In this document: positions 1-9,909 of the stretch, one piece after another | How positions within the stretch are numbered: the stretch's first letter is position 1 | Layout of the letters: every line of letters starts with the position of its first letter | Source of the DNA: Limnochordia bacterium | Lineage (GTDB): Bacteria; Bacillota; Limnochordia; DTU080 | NCBI GenBank assembly: GCA_050951545.1 | Contig: JBMNJG010000005.1 | Location: 224,001-288,000, forward strand | DNA: 64,000 nt | Direction of reading: 5' to 3' | Position numbers and translations under genes: made by a program | The notes under the pieces: generated by a model | What the model saw: only the letters and a program-made list of their open reading frames with translations | Told to the model about the DNA's origin: nothing | Database searches by the model: none

Positions 1-372
1 CAGGTTGTAATTCATGGCATCAAACCAACAGGTGACCATCTGCACGGGTTCAGCCAGCTGAAAAGAACGCATGTCGCCGTGGACAAACGAAACAGGCAGA
101 CCCGCCTCTAGGGCCAGCTTGGCTCGGGCTTGGGCGAGCATCTGCTCCGAAAGGTCCAAGCCCGTCACCTTGATCCCCTTTTTGGCCAGGGCCAGGGCTA
201 CCGAACCTGTGCCACAAGCAAGATCAAGAGCAGCACGAGGCTGGCAACCATGCTTCTCGAGTGTGTTCGTCAGCAGACGCAAGAGCTTCAGTCCAAACTC
301 ATCGCTGCCCATCCTATCATAGATCTCCGCGTATCGTTCATAGGGGCCTGCGGTGGCACCCCAGGTCTTCAC
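1..372 (-). CDS. Class I SAM-dependent methyltransferase (3' end outside window)
   Basis: Not in the ORF track. Manual minus-strand translation from GTG at 372 (AGGAGG upstream) gives ...ALDLACGTGSVALALAKKGIKVTGLDLSEQMLAQAR...VHGDMRSF...CWFDAMNY, i.e. motif I (DLACGTG) and typical downstream motifs. Confidence 0.9.
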   Translation of the reverse strand, partial: MKTWGATAGPYERYAEIYDRMGSDEFGLKLLRLLTNTLEKHGCQPRAALDLACGTGSVALALAKKGIKVTGLDLSEQMLAQARAKLALEAGLPVSFVHGDMRSFQLAEPVQMVTCWFDAMNYNL

Positions 373-383
373 ACGCCTACCTC

Positions 384-1667
384 CTACGCCAAGTCACCAT
401 AGTACGCCTGGGCCACCTTGCGTATCGCAGCGGCCACATCGTCCGCATCTTCTTCAGTCCATCTTTGACTGAGGCTGATGGTCAGCACCCGACCTAGGTA
501 ATCCAGGCTACGCGGACACATGTCGGGGCTGTACTCGACATTCCCCTTGTAAAACTCAGGAGCCCACGGATAACCCGTGCGATCAGCACTCCATTTGTTC
601 ATCACGTAATCCCAGTAGCTGTAAATGTGGCGATCCGGGATCTCCTTATTGTAGATCGTGCCGTTGCCCACGCCTTCAGCAGCCAGGGCACGAGAAAAAC
701 GTTGTGCCTCCTGTGCGGAGGACAGATACAGACCCAGCACAATGCCACAATCGCCTTCGGCATCTGCCGAACGTACTGGCCGGATTCCCGGTACATCAAT
801 GATCTGAGATAGAATCCGCTTCTTTGTCGCCCGAGTGCGCGCCAGTATCCCAGCCAGACGCTGGAACTGCACGTAACCTACGGCGGCCCTCAGCTCACAC
901 ATCCGGGCATTCTCGCCTGCGAACGGCTCCCACGCATCTTCCTTTTTCCAGAAAGACATCGCGGAGTCGTGTTTGCAGGCAGCTCGTCTGAACACCCGTT
1001 CATCATCCGTAATCACCATACCGCCTTCACCACTAGTGATTACCTTATAGTGTTGGAAGCTGAATATCCCGGCGTGCCCTAGGGAGCCGAGTTTGCGCCC
1101 ATGATACTCGCCACCCACCGCTTGGGCCACATCCTCCAACACCAATATGTTGTGCCGTTGGGCAACATCCATTATCTCATCCATCTGCGCTGGCCAACCC
1201 CGCATGTGCACCGGGATCACGCAGCGAGTCAACGGCGTGATCTTGCGCTCGACATCATGCGGGTCAAGCGTCAGCGTATCGTCAACATCCGCGATGACGG
1301 GAATGGCTCCGACGCTGAGCACTGCTGCAGCCGTGGCGATATAGGTGTAGGCGGGCACAATCACTTCGTCCCCAGTACTGATCCCTAGTCCCACTAGGGC
1401 AGTGATCAAGGCCGTTGTGCCTCCGGTGACAGACAGCGCATACTGGCTATTCGTGAACTCTCTAAACGCTGCCTCAAGACGGAAAGCATACGAGTCCTCG
1501 TCTGTCAGCAGGAAACGAAACATCTTCTTGCGGCGGAGAACCTCTGTTACCGCCGCTATCTCTTCGTCACCCACCTCTTGAATGCCATGCAGACTGGATG
1601 GCAAAGGCCTAGTGCGAACCTTGTCACCACCATCTATCGCTAAGCGACCGCCGCGCCCACATGCCAC
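384..1667 (-). CDS. DegT/DnrJ/EryC1/StrS family PLP-dependent aminotransferase
   Basis: GDEVIVPAYTYIAT, IPVHMRG, EDVAQA and SFQHYKVITSGEGG (PLP lysine) motifs. Confidence 0.92.
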   Translation of the reverse strand: MACGRGGRLAIDGGDKVRTRPLPSSLHGIQEVGDEEIAAVTEVLRRKKMFRFLLTDEDSYAFRLEAAFREFTNSQYALSVTGGTTALITALVGLGISTGDEVIVPAYTYIATAAAVLSVGAIPVIADVDDTLTLDPHDVERKITPLTRCVIPVHMRGWPAQMDEIMDVAQRHNILVLEDVAQAVGGEYHGRKLGSLGHAGIFSFQHYKVITSGEGGMVITDDERVFRRAACKHDSAMSFWKKEDAWEPFAGENARMCELRAAVGYVQFQRLAGILARTRATKKRILSQIIDVPGIRPVRSADAEGDCGIVLGLYLSSAQEAQRFSRALAAEGVGNGTIYNKEIPDRHIYSYWDYVMNKWSADRTGYPWAPEFYKGNVEYSPDMCPRSLDYLGRVLTISLSQRWTEEDADDVAAAIRKVAQAYYGDLA

Positions 1668-1751
1668 TGCTGGCCACCTCCAGGTTAACCTCTTTCTTAT
1701 CAGCTAAGAATCTTCGGGACCGGCACCGCAGCTCCTGCAAGAACCCCGGCG

Positions 1752-2585
1752 TCAGTGCGCCGTTGTTGTCAGCAACAGGCTATCATCCACAACTTGTGCA
1801 CCGCGTACCCGCCGAAACTCCTGAAGCAAATCGTCCACTCCCATCCTCGCCCGCTCAGGACCTGAGATGCTAAGCACGATCTGGCCCTCGTGCATCATGA
1901 TGGTCCGATCGCCCAGACGAAGCGCCTGCTCCAAGTTGTGGGTTATCATTAGGGTGGTCAGCCCCTCTTGAGCGACTAAACGCTCAGTAAGCAGGATAAT
2001 CTGCTCGGCGGTAGTGGGATCAAGAGCAGCCGTATGCTCATCAAGCAGCAGCAGACTGGGGCGGGCCAAGGTCGCCATCACCAATGCCAATGCTTGGCGC
2101 TGGCCGCCAGACAAGAGACCTACGGCACTATGCAGTCGATCTTCCAGACCTAGTCCCAGCACACATAGGCTCTGCTTGATCCGTTCCCTTCCCTGTCGAG
2201 TAAGCCCTCTGTTGAGACCCCGTCTCTGACCTCTGCGCCTGGCCATGGCCAGGTTTTCCTCAACGCTCATAGAAGCCGCGGTCCCCTGTAGGGGATTCTG
2301 AAACACTCGCCCAATGCGTGCAGCCCGTTCGTGCTCGGGCTGCAGAGTGATATCCTCTTTGTCCAACAGAATGATTCCTCGGTCCACGGGGAAAACACCT
2401 GCGATAGCATTCAACAGCGTCGATTTCCCGGCCCCGTTGCTCCCTATGATGGTGACAAACTGCCCAGGACACACCTTGAGATCAACGCCGGACAAGGCCC
2501 CTTTCGGAGCGACACCTCCCACCATGAAGATCTTATGCAGATTGGCTATCTCTAACACTGCTGGTGCCTCCTCCTTGCCCGACAT
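1752..2585 (-). CDS. ABC transporter ATP-binding protein (TrpZ-like)
   Basis: Walker A GSNGAGKST, LSGGQRQ, LLLLDEHTAALDP (the DEHT variant typical of this family). Confidence 0.93.
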   Translation of the reverse strand: MSGKEEAPAVLEIANLHKIFMVGGVAPKGALSGVDLKVCPGQFVTIIGSNGAGKSTLLNAIAGVFPVDRGIILLDKEDITLQPEHERAARIGRVFQNPLQGTAASMSVEENLAMARRRGQRRGLNRGLTRQGRERIKQSLCVLGLGLEDRLHSAVGLLSGGQRQALALVMATLARPSLLLLDEHTAALDPTTAEQIILLTERLVAQEGLTTLMITHNLEQALRLGDRTIMMHEGQIVLSISGPERARMGVDDLLQEFRRVRGAQVVDDSLLLTTTAH

Positions 2586-3510
2586 ATCCCTCTGTCAGCA
2601 AGCGAGCATTCTCGATGGCCACCTGCCTGGAAAGGCTGCGCTCTTGCCAGCTAGTTCTCAAGGTGGGCAATGCCAAAGCTGCGATAACGAGGACGGCTGT
2701 CATGATACGCAGATCAGTAGGCTCCAACCCCATGCGCAATGCGAAGAAGATGGCAAGGCGATAGATGATCGCTCCCATCAACACGCCAAAGGTGGCGCGA
2801 AAAATGGAGTGCGAACGGATTACCCCCGTGCCAATGATCACGGACGCCAATCCCACCACCACGGTACCAATACCCATGCCTACGTCAGCAAAACCTTGAT
2901 ACTGGGCCACTAATGCCCCAGACAAAGCGACCAAACCATTGGCCAGACTGAGCCCGACGATGGTCATCGCCTGGGTATCAACGCCCAAGCTTCGGATCAT
3001 CTCCGGGCTATCACCTGTAGCCCGCATGGCCAAGCCGATATCTGTGCTTAAGAAGCCATCCAGAAGCAGCTTGATACCGACAGCCAGGAACAACAGCAAC
3101 AACAAGGCCAGATAAGGAACACCTGGCAGCAACTCCTCGAGCAAAGTGAACACAGTCGCCTGGCGCAACAAGGGGATATTGGCTCTGCCCATGATGCGCA
3201 GATTGACAGAGTACAGCCCTGTCATTGTCAGAATACCGGCCAACAGCCCTGCTATCTTCAGTTTCGTGTGCAGCACACCAGTCAACGCCCCACCCAACAT
3301 TCCAGCGAACAACGCCGCAAGACACGCCAGAAATGGAGAGACACCTGCCGTTATCAATGAGGCGGCTACTGCTGCGCCGAGTGGAAATGTGCCATCCACC
3401 GTAAGGTCAGCAACCTGCAAAACCCTATAGGTGATAAAGACTCCCAGGGCCATGATGGCGTAGGCCAGCCCTTGCTCGATCGAGCTACTGATCAGCTCAA
3501 AGCTCAACAT
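2533..3510 (-). CDS. ABC transporter permease (TrpY-like, BPD_transp_2)
   Basis: Hydrophobic protein with DLTVDGTFPLG and GLAMRATGD motifs; lies between the SBP and ATPase genes. Confidence 0.9.
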   Translation of the reverse strand: MLSFELISSSIEQGLAYAIMALGVFITYRVLQVADLTVDGTFPLGAAVAASLITAGVSPFLACLAALFAGMLGGALTGVLHTKLKIAGLLAGILTMTGLYSVNLRIMGRANIPLLRQATVFTLLEELLPGVPYLALLLLLFLAVGIKLLLDGFLSTDIGLAMRATGDSPEMIRSLGVDTQAMTIVGLSLANGLVALSGALVAQYQGFADVGMGIGTVVVGLASVIIGTGVIRSHSIFRATFGVLMGAIIYRLAIFFALRMGLEPTDLRIMTAVLVIAALALPTLRTSWQERSLSRQVAIENARLLTEGYVGQGGGTSSVRDSQSA

Positions 3511-3543
3511 GGCGGCCCCCCTTGGTAACCTTCCTTCGTTCCA

Positions 3544-4506
3544 CTAGCGAATAACCTCGTCTGCCTTGGCGATGAGTGCTTGAGGCACCGTAACGCCCAT
3601 TCGCTCTGCAGCCCGCAAATTGACAACCACCCGCAATTCCTGCTGATACTGGATCGGCATCTTGGCAGGATCGGTCCCGTTGAGCACCTTGACCGCCATG
3701 TCTGCCGTCTGCTGCCCCAGACGGTAGTAATCTAAGCCCAAGGTAGCGAGGGCACCACGCCGCACACTGTCACCCTCGCCCGCGATCAAGGGGATTTTCG
3801 CTCGCTCGGCCACCATGATCACTGACTCCAGGGCAGAGACCACAGTGTTGTCAGTAGGCACGTAGATAGCATCCACGCGACCGACCAAAGACTGCGCAGC
3901 CTGCAAGACCTCACTGGTGTTTCCCGCCGTTGCCTCGACAAGTGCCAGGCCTTCTTCCTTGGCGACCTGTTTGGCCAGCTCCACCTGTACTACTGAGTTT
4001 GTCTCGCCCGCGTTGTAGACCACACCCAAACGGCGGGCCTGCGGCCGGAGGCTCTTGACCAGGGCTATCTGCTGAGCCACGGGGTTGAGATCCGACGTAC
4101 CAGTCACATTGGTCCCAGGGGTTTGGTTTGATCGTACGAGCCCTGCAGCCTGCGGATCGGTCACGGCGGTGATCAGGATCGGAATCTTGCTCGTCACATT
4201 CGCCGCTGCCTGAGCCGTGGGTGTCGCGATAGCTAGGATCAAATCCACACCATCACCCACGAACTTGCGCGCGATGGTCTGCGCCGTGGCCATGTCACCT
4301 TGCGCGTTGCGCATGTCATAGATAACCTGCTTACCCTCCTGATAGCCTAGCTGCTTCATTCGATCGACAAACCCCTGTCGAGCAGAATCCAGAGCCGGGT
4401 GTTCAGCGATCTGCGCGATGCCGATAGTGACGGTCTTTGCCGCTCCAGTTGCTGCTGCAGCAAGAATAATCAGACACACGACGAAAAGGGAGACGCGTGA
4501 TCTCAT
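3544..4506 (-). CDS. ABC substrate-binding protein (ABC_sub_bind, aromatic amino acid-type)
   Basis: QIAEHPALD, IATPTAQA, AVTDP, NVTGTSD and PTDNTV motifs; Sec signal peptide; start moved to ATG 4506 behind AGGAG. Confidence 0.9.
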   Translation of the reverse strand: MRSRVSLFVVCLIILAAAATGAAKTVTIGIAQIAEHPALDSARQGFVDRMKQLGYQEGKQVIYDMRNAQGDMATAQTIARKFVGDGVDLILAIATPTAQAAANVTSKIPILITAVTDPQAAGLVRSNQTPGTNVTGTSDLNPVAQQIALVKSLRPQARRLGVVYNAGETNSVVQVELAKQVAKEEGLALVEATAGNTSEVLQAAQSLVGRVDAIYVPTDNTVVSALESVIMVAERAKIPLIAGEGDSVRRGALATLGLDYYRLGQQTADMAVKVLNGTDPAKMPIQYQQELRVVVNLRAAERMGVTVPQALIAKADEVIR

Positions 4507-4525
4507 GAAGACACACTCCTCTGGC

Positions 4526-4993
4526 CTAAGGCCCTTCCCATTCATGGCTGTGTTTGCCCACTTTCATAACCAAGGACGTGTCGCTGCTACTTACTCCAGG
4601 AATGGCGCGCAACGTCTTGGTCAAAAAAGCATACAAATCCTCCATGTTGCTGACCACCACCTCCATGATCACGTCGTAGGCTCCAGTACATATAGCCATG
4701 TATCTCACCTCTGGCAGCATCTCTAGCTGAGCCACCACCTCCTCCACCTCAGCACCCGTTAGCTTCACTCCCACGATGGCCAGCGTCTGGACGCCAACCT
4801 TGCTGGGATCTAGCACCCCGGTGATCTTGAGAACGCCCTCGTCAATGAGTCGGTTGACGCGCTTGCGCACCGTTCCCTCTGCGAGATTCAAAGCAGTAGC
4901 GATGGCAGTGAAAGGCATTCGCCCATCTTGCTGCAGATAACGCAAAATCTTGCGGTCGAGGTCATCCAAACCGGGTTGTGGGAACGAACGCAT
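4526..4993 (-). CDS. Lrp/AsnC family transcriptional regulator
   Basis: LDDLDRKILRYLQQDGRMPFTAIA...VRKRVNRL HTH plus C-terminal TGAYD RAM domain; ATG 4993 behind GGGAGG. Confidence 0.93.
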   Translation of the reverse strand: MRSFPQPGLDDLDRKILRYLQQDGRMPFTAIATALNLAEGTVRKRVNRLIDEGVLKITGVLDPSKVGVQTLAIVGVKLTGAEVEEVVAQLEMLPEVRYMAICTGAYDVIMEVVVSNMEDLYAFLTKTLRAIPGVSSSDTSLVMKVGKHSHEWEGP

Positions 4994-5085
4994 GCAATCT
5001 GTCGCCTCCCTCGAGCGATATCCACATCGACAGTTACGTATTACGTAATTATGACTGCAACGCCGCAACAAGGTGTTTGAACCGC

Positions 5086-5114
5086 ATTATATCACCTACC
5101 AAGTGACGAATCAA
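5086..5114 (-). promoter_or_regulatory. Sigma-70/sigma-A promoter of the lrp-ABC operon
   Basis: Minus strand TTGATT-N17-TATAAT with extended -10 TG; a TTACGTA tandem repeat lies downstream at 5034-5047. Confidence 0.6.
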
Positions 5115-5278
5115 GCACCTTTTGGCCCTATTAGTACCGAAAGACGTGCCCGCATCAGTCCATGGCCGCTGGCTCGCCCAGTGCCTTGGGCATTCCCGCC
5201 AGGAATATGGCGCCCCAAGGACGAAGCCCGCTGGTGTCATCCGAACAGCATCGTCGAACGGTTCTTTTTGGAGTAGGC

Positions 5279-7306
5279 ATGTCCGAAGCCTCCGACATGC
5301 CCGCACAGCATCACATCATTTCCTTAGGGAGGATTCGCGCATTGCAGATGCTTGGCTCGTCAGCTGCACGAGATTTCACAAAGTGGTTACGGGCACAGGT
5401 GGCACAGCCGGATGCACTGCCCCCTGATCCCCAAAGGGCTGAAGAGGTACCAGCCTACCAGGCCGCTGTCCGCAACATCCTTGCCACCGCGGCCGGAGAG
5501 GTACCTGAGTATGATAAGCTTGATCCCGTGGTACACCAAGTGATAGAGCGTGAGGGTTACCGCATCGAGGCTGTCTCGTTCGCTACATTCGCTGGGCTAC
5601 GCATGACCGCCAATGCCTACGTACCGCAGAGCTCCGGCCGCGTACCAGGCGTGCTGATAGTGCATGGCCATTGGCCCCACGGTCGGCGCGACCCGCAGGT
5701 GCAGTTCCGCTGCTTAGCCCTTGTGAAATCAGGATACTTCGTCCTCGCCGTCGACTGCATCGGTGCTGGTGAGCGAGCGGTCACGTTGCCCGGTGCTTAC
5801 CACGGGGGCGTAGATGGTGCCGCTCTCTGGCTCCACGGTTACTCCCTGTTTGGTATTCAGATCCACGAGAACGTCCGTGCATGCGATTATCTCGTGTCAC
5901 GACCCGAAGTCGATTCTGCAAGGCTAGCCATCACGGGGGCGTCCGGCGGTGGTAACCAGTCCTTTTACACGGGCGCCTGGGATACGCGTTTTAGCGCAGT
6001 GATTCCCGTCTGCTCAACCGGAGCGTATCGGCACATGGTGGGCAACAGCAACTGTGTCTGCGAAACGCCTCGCGCCTTGCCAGCAGCTATGGAACAGGGA
6101 GCTCTCTTCTCTTTGATCGCTCCCCGCGCCTTGCTGGTCATGAATGCCCTGAACGATTCTATCAGCTTCTGGCATGAAGATGCCCGCCAGCAGATCGCCA
6201 CAGCAAGTCGCGCTTGGGAGCTGTTGGGCTGTCGAGAAAAGGTAGCCTTTAGGGCCCTGCCCACCACACATGGGTACTGGCCTCCCTACCGTGAAGCGTT
6301 GCTCGGCTGGCTCGCTCGTTGGCTCAAGGACGAATCCGAGGCAACACCGCGCCCGGAACCTGCTGTAGAGATCGAAGACTTCCAGAGACTGTCTTGCTAC
6401 CCCGAAGCGGAAGCTCCCCAGGTGATGACTGTGCGCGACCTCTACGGCAGGCTGTCACAGTCTGAGACCCCAAAGGAACAGCCGACTCTGCCTGCCCTGC
6501 AAGAGTTACTGCAGGTACCATCCTCGGCTCTGAGCCTGCGCGTCGAACGCGTGACTCGAGCTGGTTCTCCCATGGGACTGGGAATCGCCCTGCACACAGA
6601 CGATGGCCTGGTGCTGCCTACCATAGCCCTGTGGCAGGGCTATGAGCGTCCTCACGCGGATGTCTTGATCTGGATAGGCAATGACAAAGGCGAGGCAGCA
6701 AAGTGCCCCATGGTGCGCACCGCTTTGGAGAAGGGCCAGCTTGTGTGGGCTGTTGACCTACCTGGCCTTGGGGAAGCCACGCTGAACAGCGACCTGAGCG
6801 GAGGCGACCAGCGTATTCGCCATAATGCCACCCGGGCTTGCCATATGCTGGGCTTTGACCTCGCTGGCCTGTGGCTTCACCTGCTACGCAGGGTGGTTAC
6901 TACGGCCCGCGAAAACGGTGCCGGATCCGTGGCACTAGCGGCGCAAGGTGGACCAGGAACCGTGGTTCTTCTCGGCGCAGGCCTCCTAGACGGTGTCGAC
7001 CGCCTCTTGGTAAGAGCGCCTTTGGCGTCGTATTGCATAGGCGACACCTTCGAACACCAACCCATGGAGATCTTCATATCTAACCTTGCGCGCCTGGGAG
7101 ACATCCCCCAGCTTGCTGGCTTACGCGCTCCTGGCAGACTCACTGTCGCCGCGCCATTGGGGCCGCGCAACGAACAGTTGTCGCTGTCGCAGCGAGAGGA
7201 GATCTTCGCGTCAACCCGCAGCTGCTATGCCCAAACTGGTCACCCTGGCAACTTCCGCCTGATTGGACTTGCCGAAGTGCAAAGCGGCCTGGGCCGATGG
7301 CTGTAG
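5279..7306 (+). CDS. Alpha/beta hydrolase (acetyl xylan esterase/dienelactone hydrolase-like) with duplicated degenerate C-terminal domain
   Basis: GVLIVHGH, DYLVSRPEVDSARLAITGASGGG nucleophile elbow and H-G-Y catalytic His region; start position approximate. Confidence 0.8.
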   Translation: MSEASDMPAQHHIISLGRIRALQMLGSSAARDFTKWLRAQVAQPDALPPDPQRAEEVPAYQAAVRNILATAAGEVPEYDKLDPVVHQVIEREGYRIEAVSFATFAGLRMTANAYVPQSSGRVPGVLIVHGHWPHGRRDPQVQFRCLALVKSGYFVLAVDCIGAGERAVTLPGAYHGGVDGAALWLHGYSLFGIQIHENVRACDYLVSRPEVDSARLAITGASGGGNQSFYTGAWDTRFSAVIPVCSTGAYRHMVGNSNCVCETPRALPAAMEQGALFSLIAPRALLVMNALNDSISFWHEDARQQIATASRAWELLGCREKVAFRALPTTHGYWPPYREALLGWLARWLKDESEATPRPEPAVEIEDFQRLSCYPEAEAPQVMTVRDLYGRLSQSETPKEQPTLPALQELLQVPSSALSLRVERVTRAGSPMGLGIALHTDDGLVLPTIALWQGYERPHADVLIWIGNDKGEAAKCPMVRTALEKGQLVWAVDLPGLGEATLNSDLSGGDQRIRHNATRACHMLGFDLAGLWLHLLRRVVTTARENGAGSVALAAQGGPGTVVLLGAGLLDGVDRLLVRAPLASYCIGDTFEHQPMEIFISNLARLGDIPQLAGLRAPGRLTVAAPLGPRNEQLSLSQREEIFASTRSCYAQTGHPGNFRLIGLAEVQSGLGRWL

Positions 7307-7335
7307 ATGAGAAAGAGCCCCAGTCGAAGGGCTGC

Positions 7336-8496
7336 CTACTGGCGGCCCTTCTCAACTCGTAGCAGACGCCAGGCTATCCACAGCAGGGGCAGAATCAACA
7401 GATAGTTCATTCCGACAGCCACTTTGAAGCTCCATCTGTCCGCTATGATACCAGTCCACCATGGTGGAATCATGGTACCCAGTGTCATAGCCAATGACAT
7501 CGTGGCCGCGACCGTACCAGCCAATGCAGGAAACAGATTGTTCGCATAGGCCAGTGCAGTGGGATAAAGGCCCGAAAAAAAGAGCCCGCTCAAAGCTACG
7601 CTGAAGGTGATCACCAGTGGGTGCCTGCCAAGGATGACAAGAGGGAAGCTCACCACTGCACCTATCGACAGGATCAGTATGGTTTTTGCGTACCCTACCC
7701 GATCCGCCACCGACGCACACACAAAGCGCCCTAGAGTCAGTCCGACATAAAACAAAGAGATCATGCTGGTCGCCAAGAACGCAGGGACTCCCCCACTCTC
7801 CTGCAGATACATGTTCACCCACCCCAATAGCACCCAGGCGACGCCGTTATAGATGAAAGCTACAGCGAATAGGGAGAGAGCCACGCTATTCTTGAGGAAT
7901 TCCACGCTTAGAAGCTGCCTCTTGGCAACGGTTGCGCCCTTCTTGGGGTAGTTGAAAAGGAGCGCAGCCAGCCCAAAGGCAAGCCAAACAAGCGCCGAGC
8001 CAGCGAATATCACCCGCCAGTCTCGGCCCAATCCCAGCACCAGAGCTATCAGCAATGGCGACAGTGCTGCACCAGTGCTGTAGATGCCGTGCAGTAGGTT
8101 CAGTGCCTTTGCCCGGTTTTCCTGGTGAAGGTCTGACATCAAAGCGTTGATGGTCGTCGAGACCGCTCCCTGCGAGGCACCCATGATCGCAAACCCCAAC
8201 AGAAAAACAGGCCAGCTGCCAGCGAGGGCAGCTAGGCCCAATCCCGCCGCCTGTAACAGAGCGCTGGTCACCAGCAACGGTTTGCGGCCCAGCAAATCTG
8301 AGGAGACCCCCGAAAACATGCTCCCAATAAATGAACCGAGCGCCTTGGCCGGGAAGGCTAAGCCCGCCGAAGCCAGCGAAAGACCGAAATGGGCGATGAT
8401 ATTGGGCATCAATGGCGGGAAGATGATCACGATGGTACCGACAATGAAGTAACCAACCTGACAGAAACGAACAAGGCCTTTGCTTGAGGCGCGCAT
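7336..8496 (-). CDS. MFS transporter (FucP/TsgA-like)
   Basis: About 12 TM segments; SDLLGRK and ADRVGY loop motifs. Confidence 0.88.
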   Translation of the reverse strand: MRASSKGLVRFCQVGYFIVGTIVIIFPPLMPNIIAHFGLSLASAGLAFPAKALGSFIGSMFSGVSSDLLGRKPLLVTSALLQAAGLGLAALAGSWPVFLLGFAIMGASQGAVSTTINALMSDLHQENRAKALNLLHGIYSTGAALSPLLIALVLGLGRDWRVIFAGSALVWLAFGLAALLFNYPKKGATVAKRQLLSVEFLKNSVALSLFAVAFIYNGVAWVLLGWVNMYLQESGGVPAFLATSMISLFYVGLTLGRFVCASVADRVGYAKTILILSIGAVVSFPLVILGRHPLVITFSVALSGLFFSGLYPTALAYANNLFPALAGTVAATMSLAMTLGTMIPPWWTGIIADRWSFKVAVGMNYLLILPLLWIAWRLLRVEKGRQ

Positions 8497-8576
8497 GACA
8501 TCGGTCCTTTACATGAATTGGGTTGCTCCAGTATCTATTGGCAGCGAACTACCGCCACTCCTGCGGCAAGGGAACG

Positions 8577-8617
8577 AAAAGGGGCGGTCGTGAGCCCAGA
8601 AGACTCTTACCGCCCCT
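8577..8617 (-). terminator. Intrinsic terminator of the MMPL operon
   Basis: AGGGGCGGT...ACCGCCCCT stem followed by a T-run on the minus strand. Confidence 0.6.
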
Positions 8618-8646
8618 CTGTTTCAACTACTATATGGAAGCTGTAT

Positions 8647-9882
8647 CTAAAAGCTCACCGTCAGTCCCGCAAGAACGCCTTGAGCAGCTTCTTTCAGATC
8701 CGCTAACTCGCTTTTTTCACTACCAGTCACCCATACTGCCCCAAGCGTGAGCTTGGTAGCCTCCGCCAGCTCGTAGGTATACTGTGGTAACAGCAAAGCC
8801 CCGCTGTCCGTCGCATTGAAGAGAGCAACCAGCTCGAGATCGTGCTTGTCTCTGGGCGAGTACTGCCCTCTAGCGACTACGTAGGTCTGCGCCTCACCGC
8901 CCACCATCGGATCAAAATAGGGGACAAGTAGGGAGCCTCCCTGATGATACACGACCTGTGCTGATGCATAGAGCCCGTTGTCGAAGGAGTAGTCTGCGCC
9001 CACCACACACTGCATATAGGGGTCGTTTGATGACATAGCCAGGCTCATCGGGGCGTCAAGCTCATCCAGGTGGTCAGGTACCTTGTAGGCTCCCTCAAAC
9101 CAAAGAGACGCACCTCGGAAGTCAAAGGCTGTCGCTACGCCAGCACTCTGCACGCGACGATACTGAGTGCGAGGGACCGGAGGCGGGGCGAGTGGGTCGG
9201 CAAAGGTCAGCCACGCCGCTGGCAGGTCATCCCAACCGTTGAAATAAGTCACATAAACTGGCCACCCGCCGACGGGCAGCTCTCCTCGTACGGCAAATTC
9301 CAACTGATCGCCATTGCCAGCAGGCCCCCCCGACGCAGGAGGCAGCTTCAGCTCGCTGGGCAGATCTCCAGGGACAAAATCCAGCACGCACACACCAGTA
9401 ATCCCTGCGCCGCCAGGCAGATAGTAGGCCGCCATAACCGCAGGCACTGGCTTCCCTTTGAGCTGCAGTGCGCTCAGGGAGCCATAGTCCCTGGGGTTGA
9501 TATCACTCGTGGGGTTAAGACCGTCTGCCGTTCCCCAGTTGATCACCTGGCGGCCCACTCGAATATCCACCTGCGACAGGTAGGCATCAGCATATGCTTC
9601 GTCAAGCTCCCACCAAGTTCTGGATACAGGCCGATATCCCGCACCGCCCTTAAACGACAAGCGGTAAACGGTGGCCAAACCTACCTCTCCATCTAGGCTC
9701 AGGCTGTAGCGCAGCTGGCTGTTTCCAAAGGACTGCGCTTCAGTCAGGTAGTGCAGATCATAGCCAAGCTCACCACTAACCTCCGCCGTGGCAGCCCATC
9801 CGGGTATGGTGAACATGATGAGCCCCACAAGCACGAACAGAAACCATCGATCTGCCAATGTACGAACCGCCAACAACAACAC
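8647..9882 (-). CDS. Putative outer-membrane beta-barrel (DUF1302-like)
   Basis: Signal peptide, ELDEAYADAY...IRVGRQVINWGTADGLNPTSDINP motif, alternating beta strands and C-terminal Phe beta-signal (GLTVSF). Confidence 0.72.
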   Translation of the reverse strand: MLLLAVRTLADRWFLFVLVGLIMFTIPGWAATAEVSGELGYDLHYLTEAQSFGNSQLRYSLSLDGEVGLATVYRLSFKGGAGYRPVSRTWWELDEAYADAYLSQVDIRVGRQVINWGTADGLNPTSDINPRDYGSLSALQLKGKPVPAVMAAYYLPGGAGITGVCVLDFVPGDLPSELKLPPASGGPAGNGDQLEFAVRGELPVGGWPVYVTYFNGWDDLPAAWLTFADPLAPPPVPRTQYRRVQSAGVATAFDFRGASLWFEGAYKVPDHLDELDAPMSLAMSSNDPYMQCVVGADYSFDNGLYASAQVVYHQGGSLLVPYFDPMVGGEAQTYVVARGQYSPRDKHDLELVALFNATDSGALLLPQYTYELAEATKLTLGAVWVTGSEKSELADLKEAAQGVLAGLTVSF

Positions 9883-9909
9883 GTCCTTTCTGTCAGTGGT
9901 GAGGTCCTC

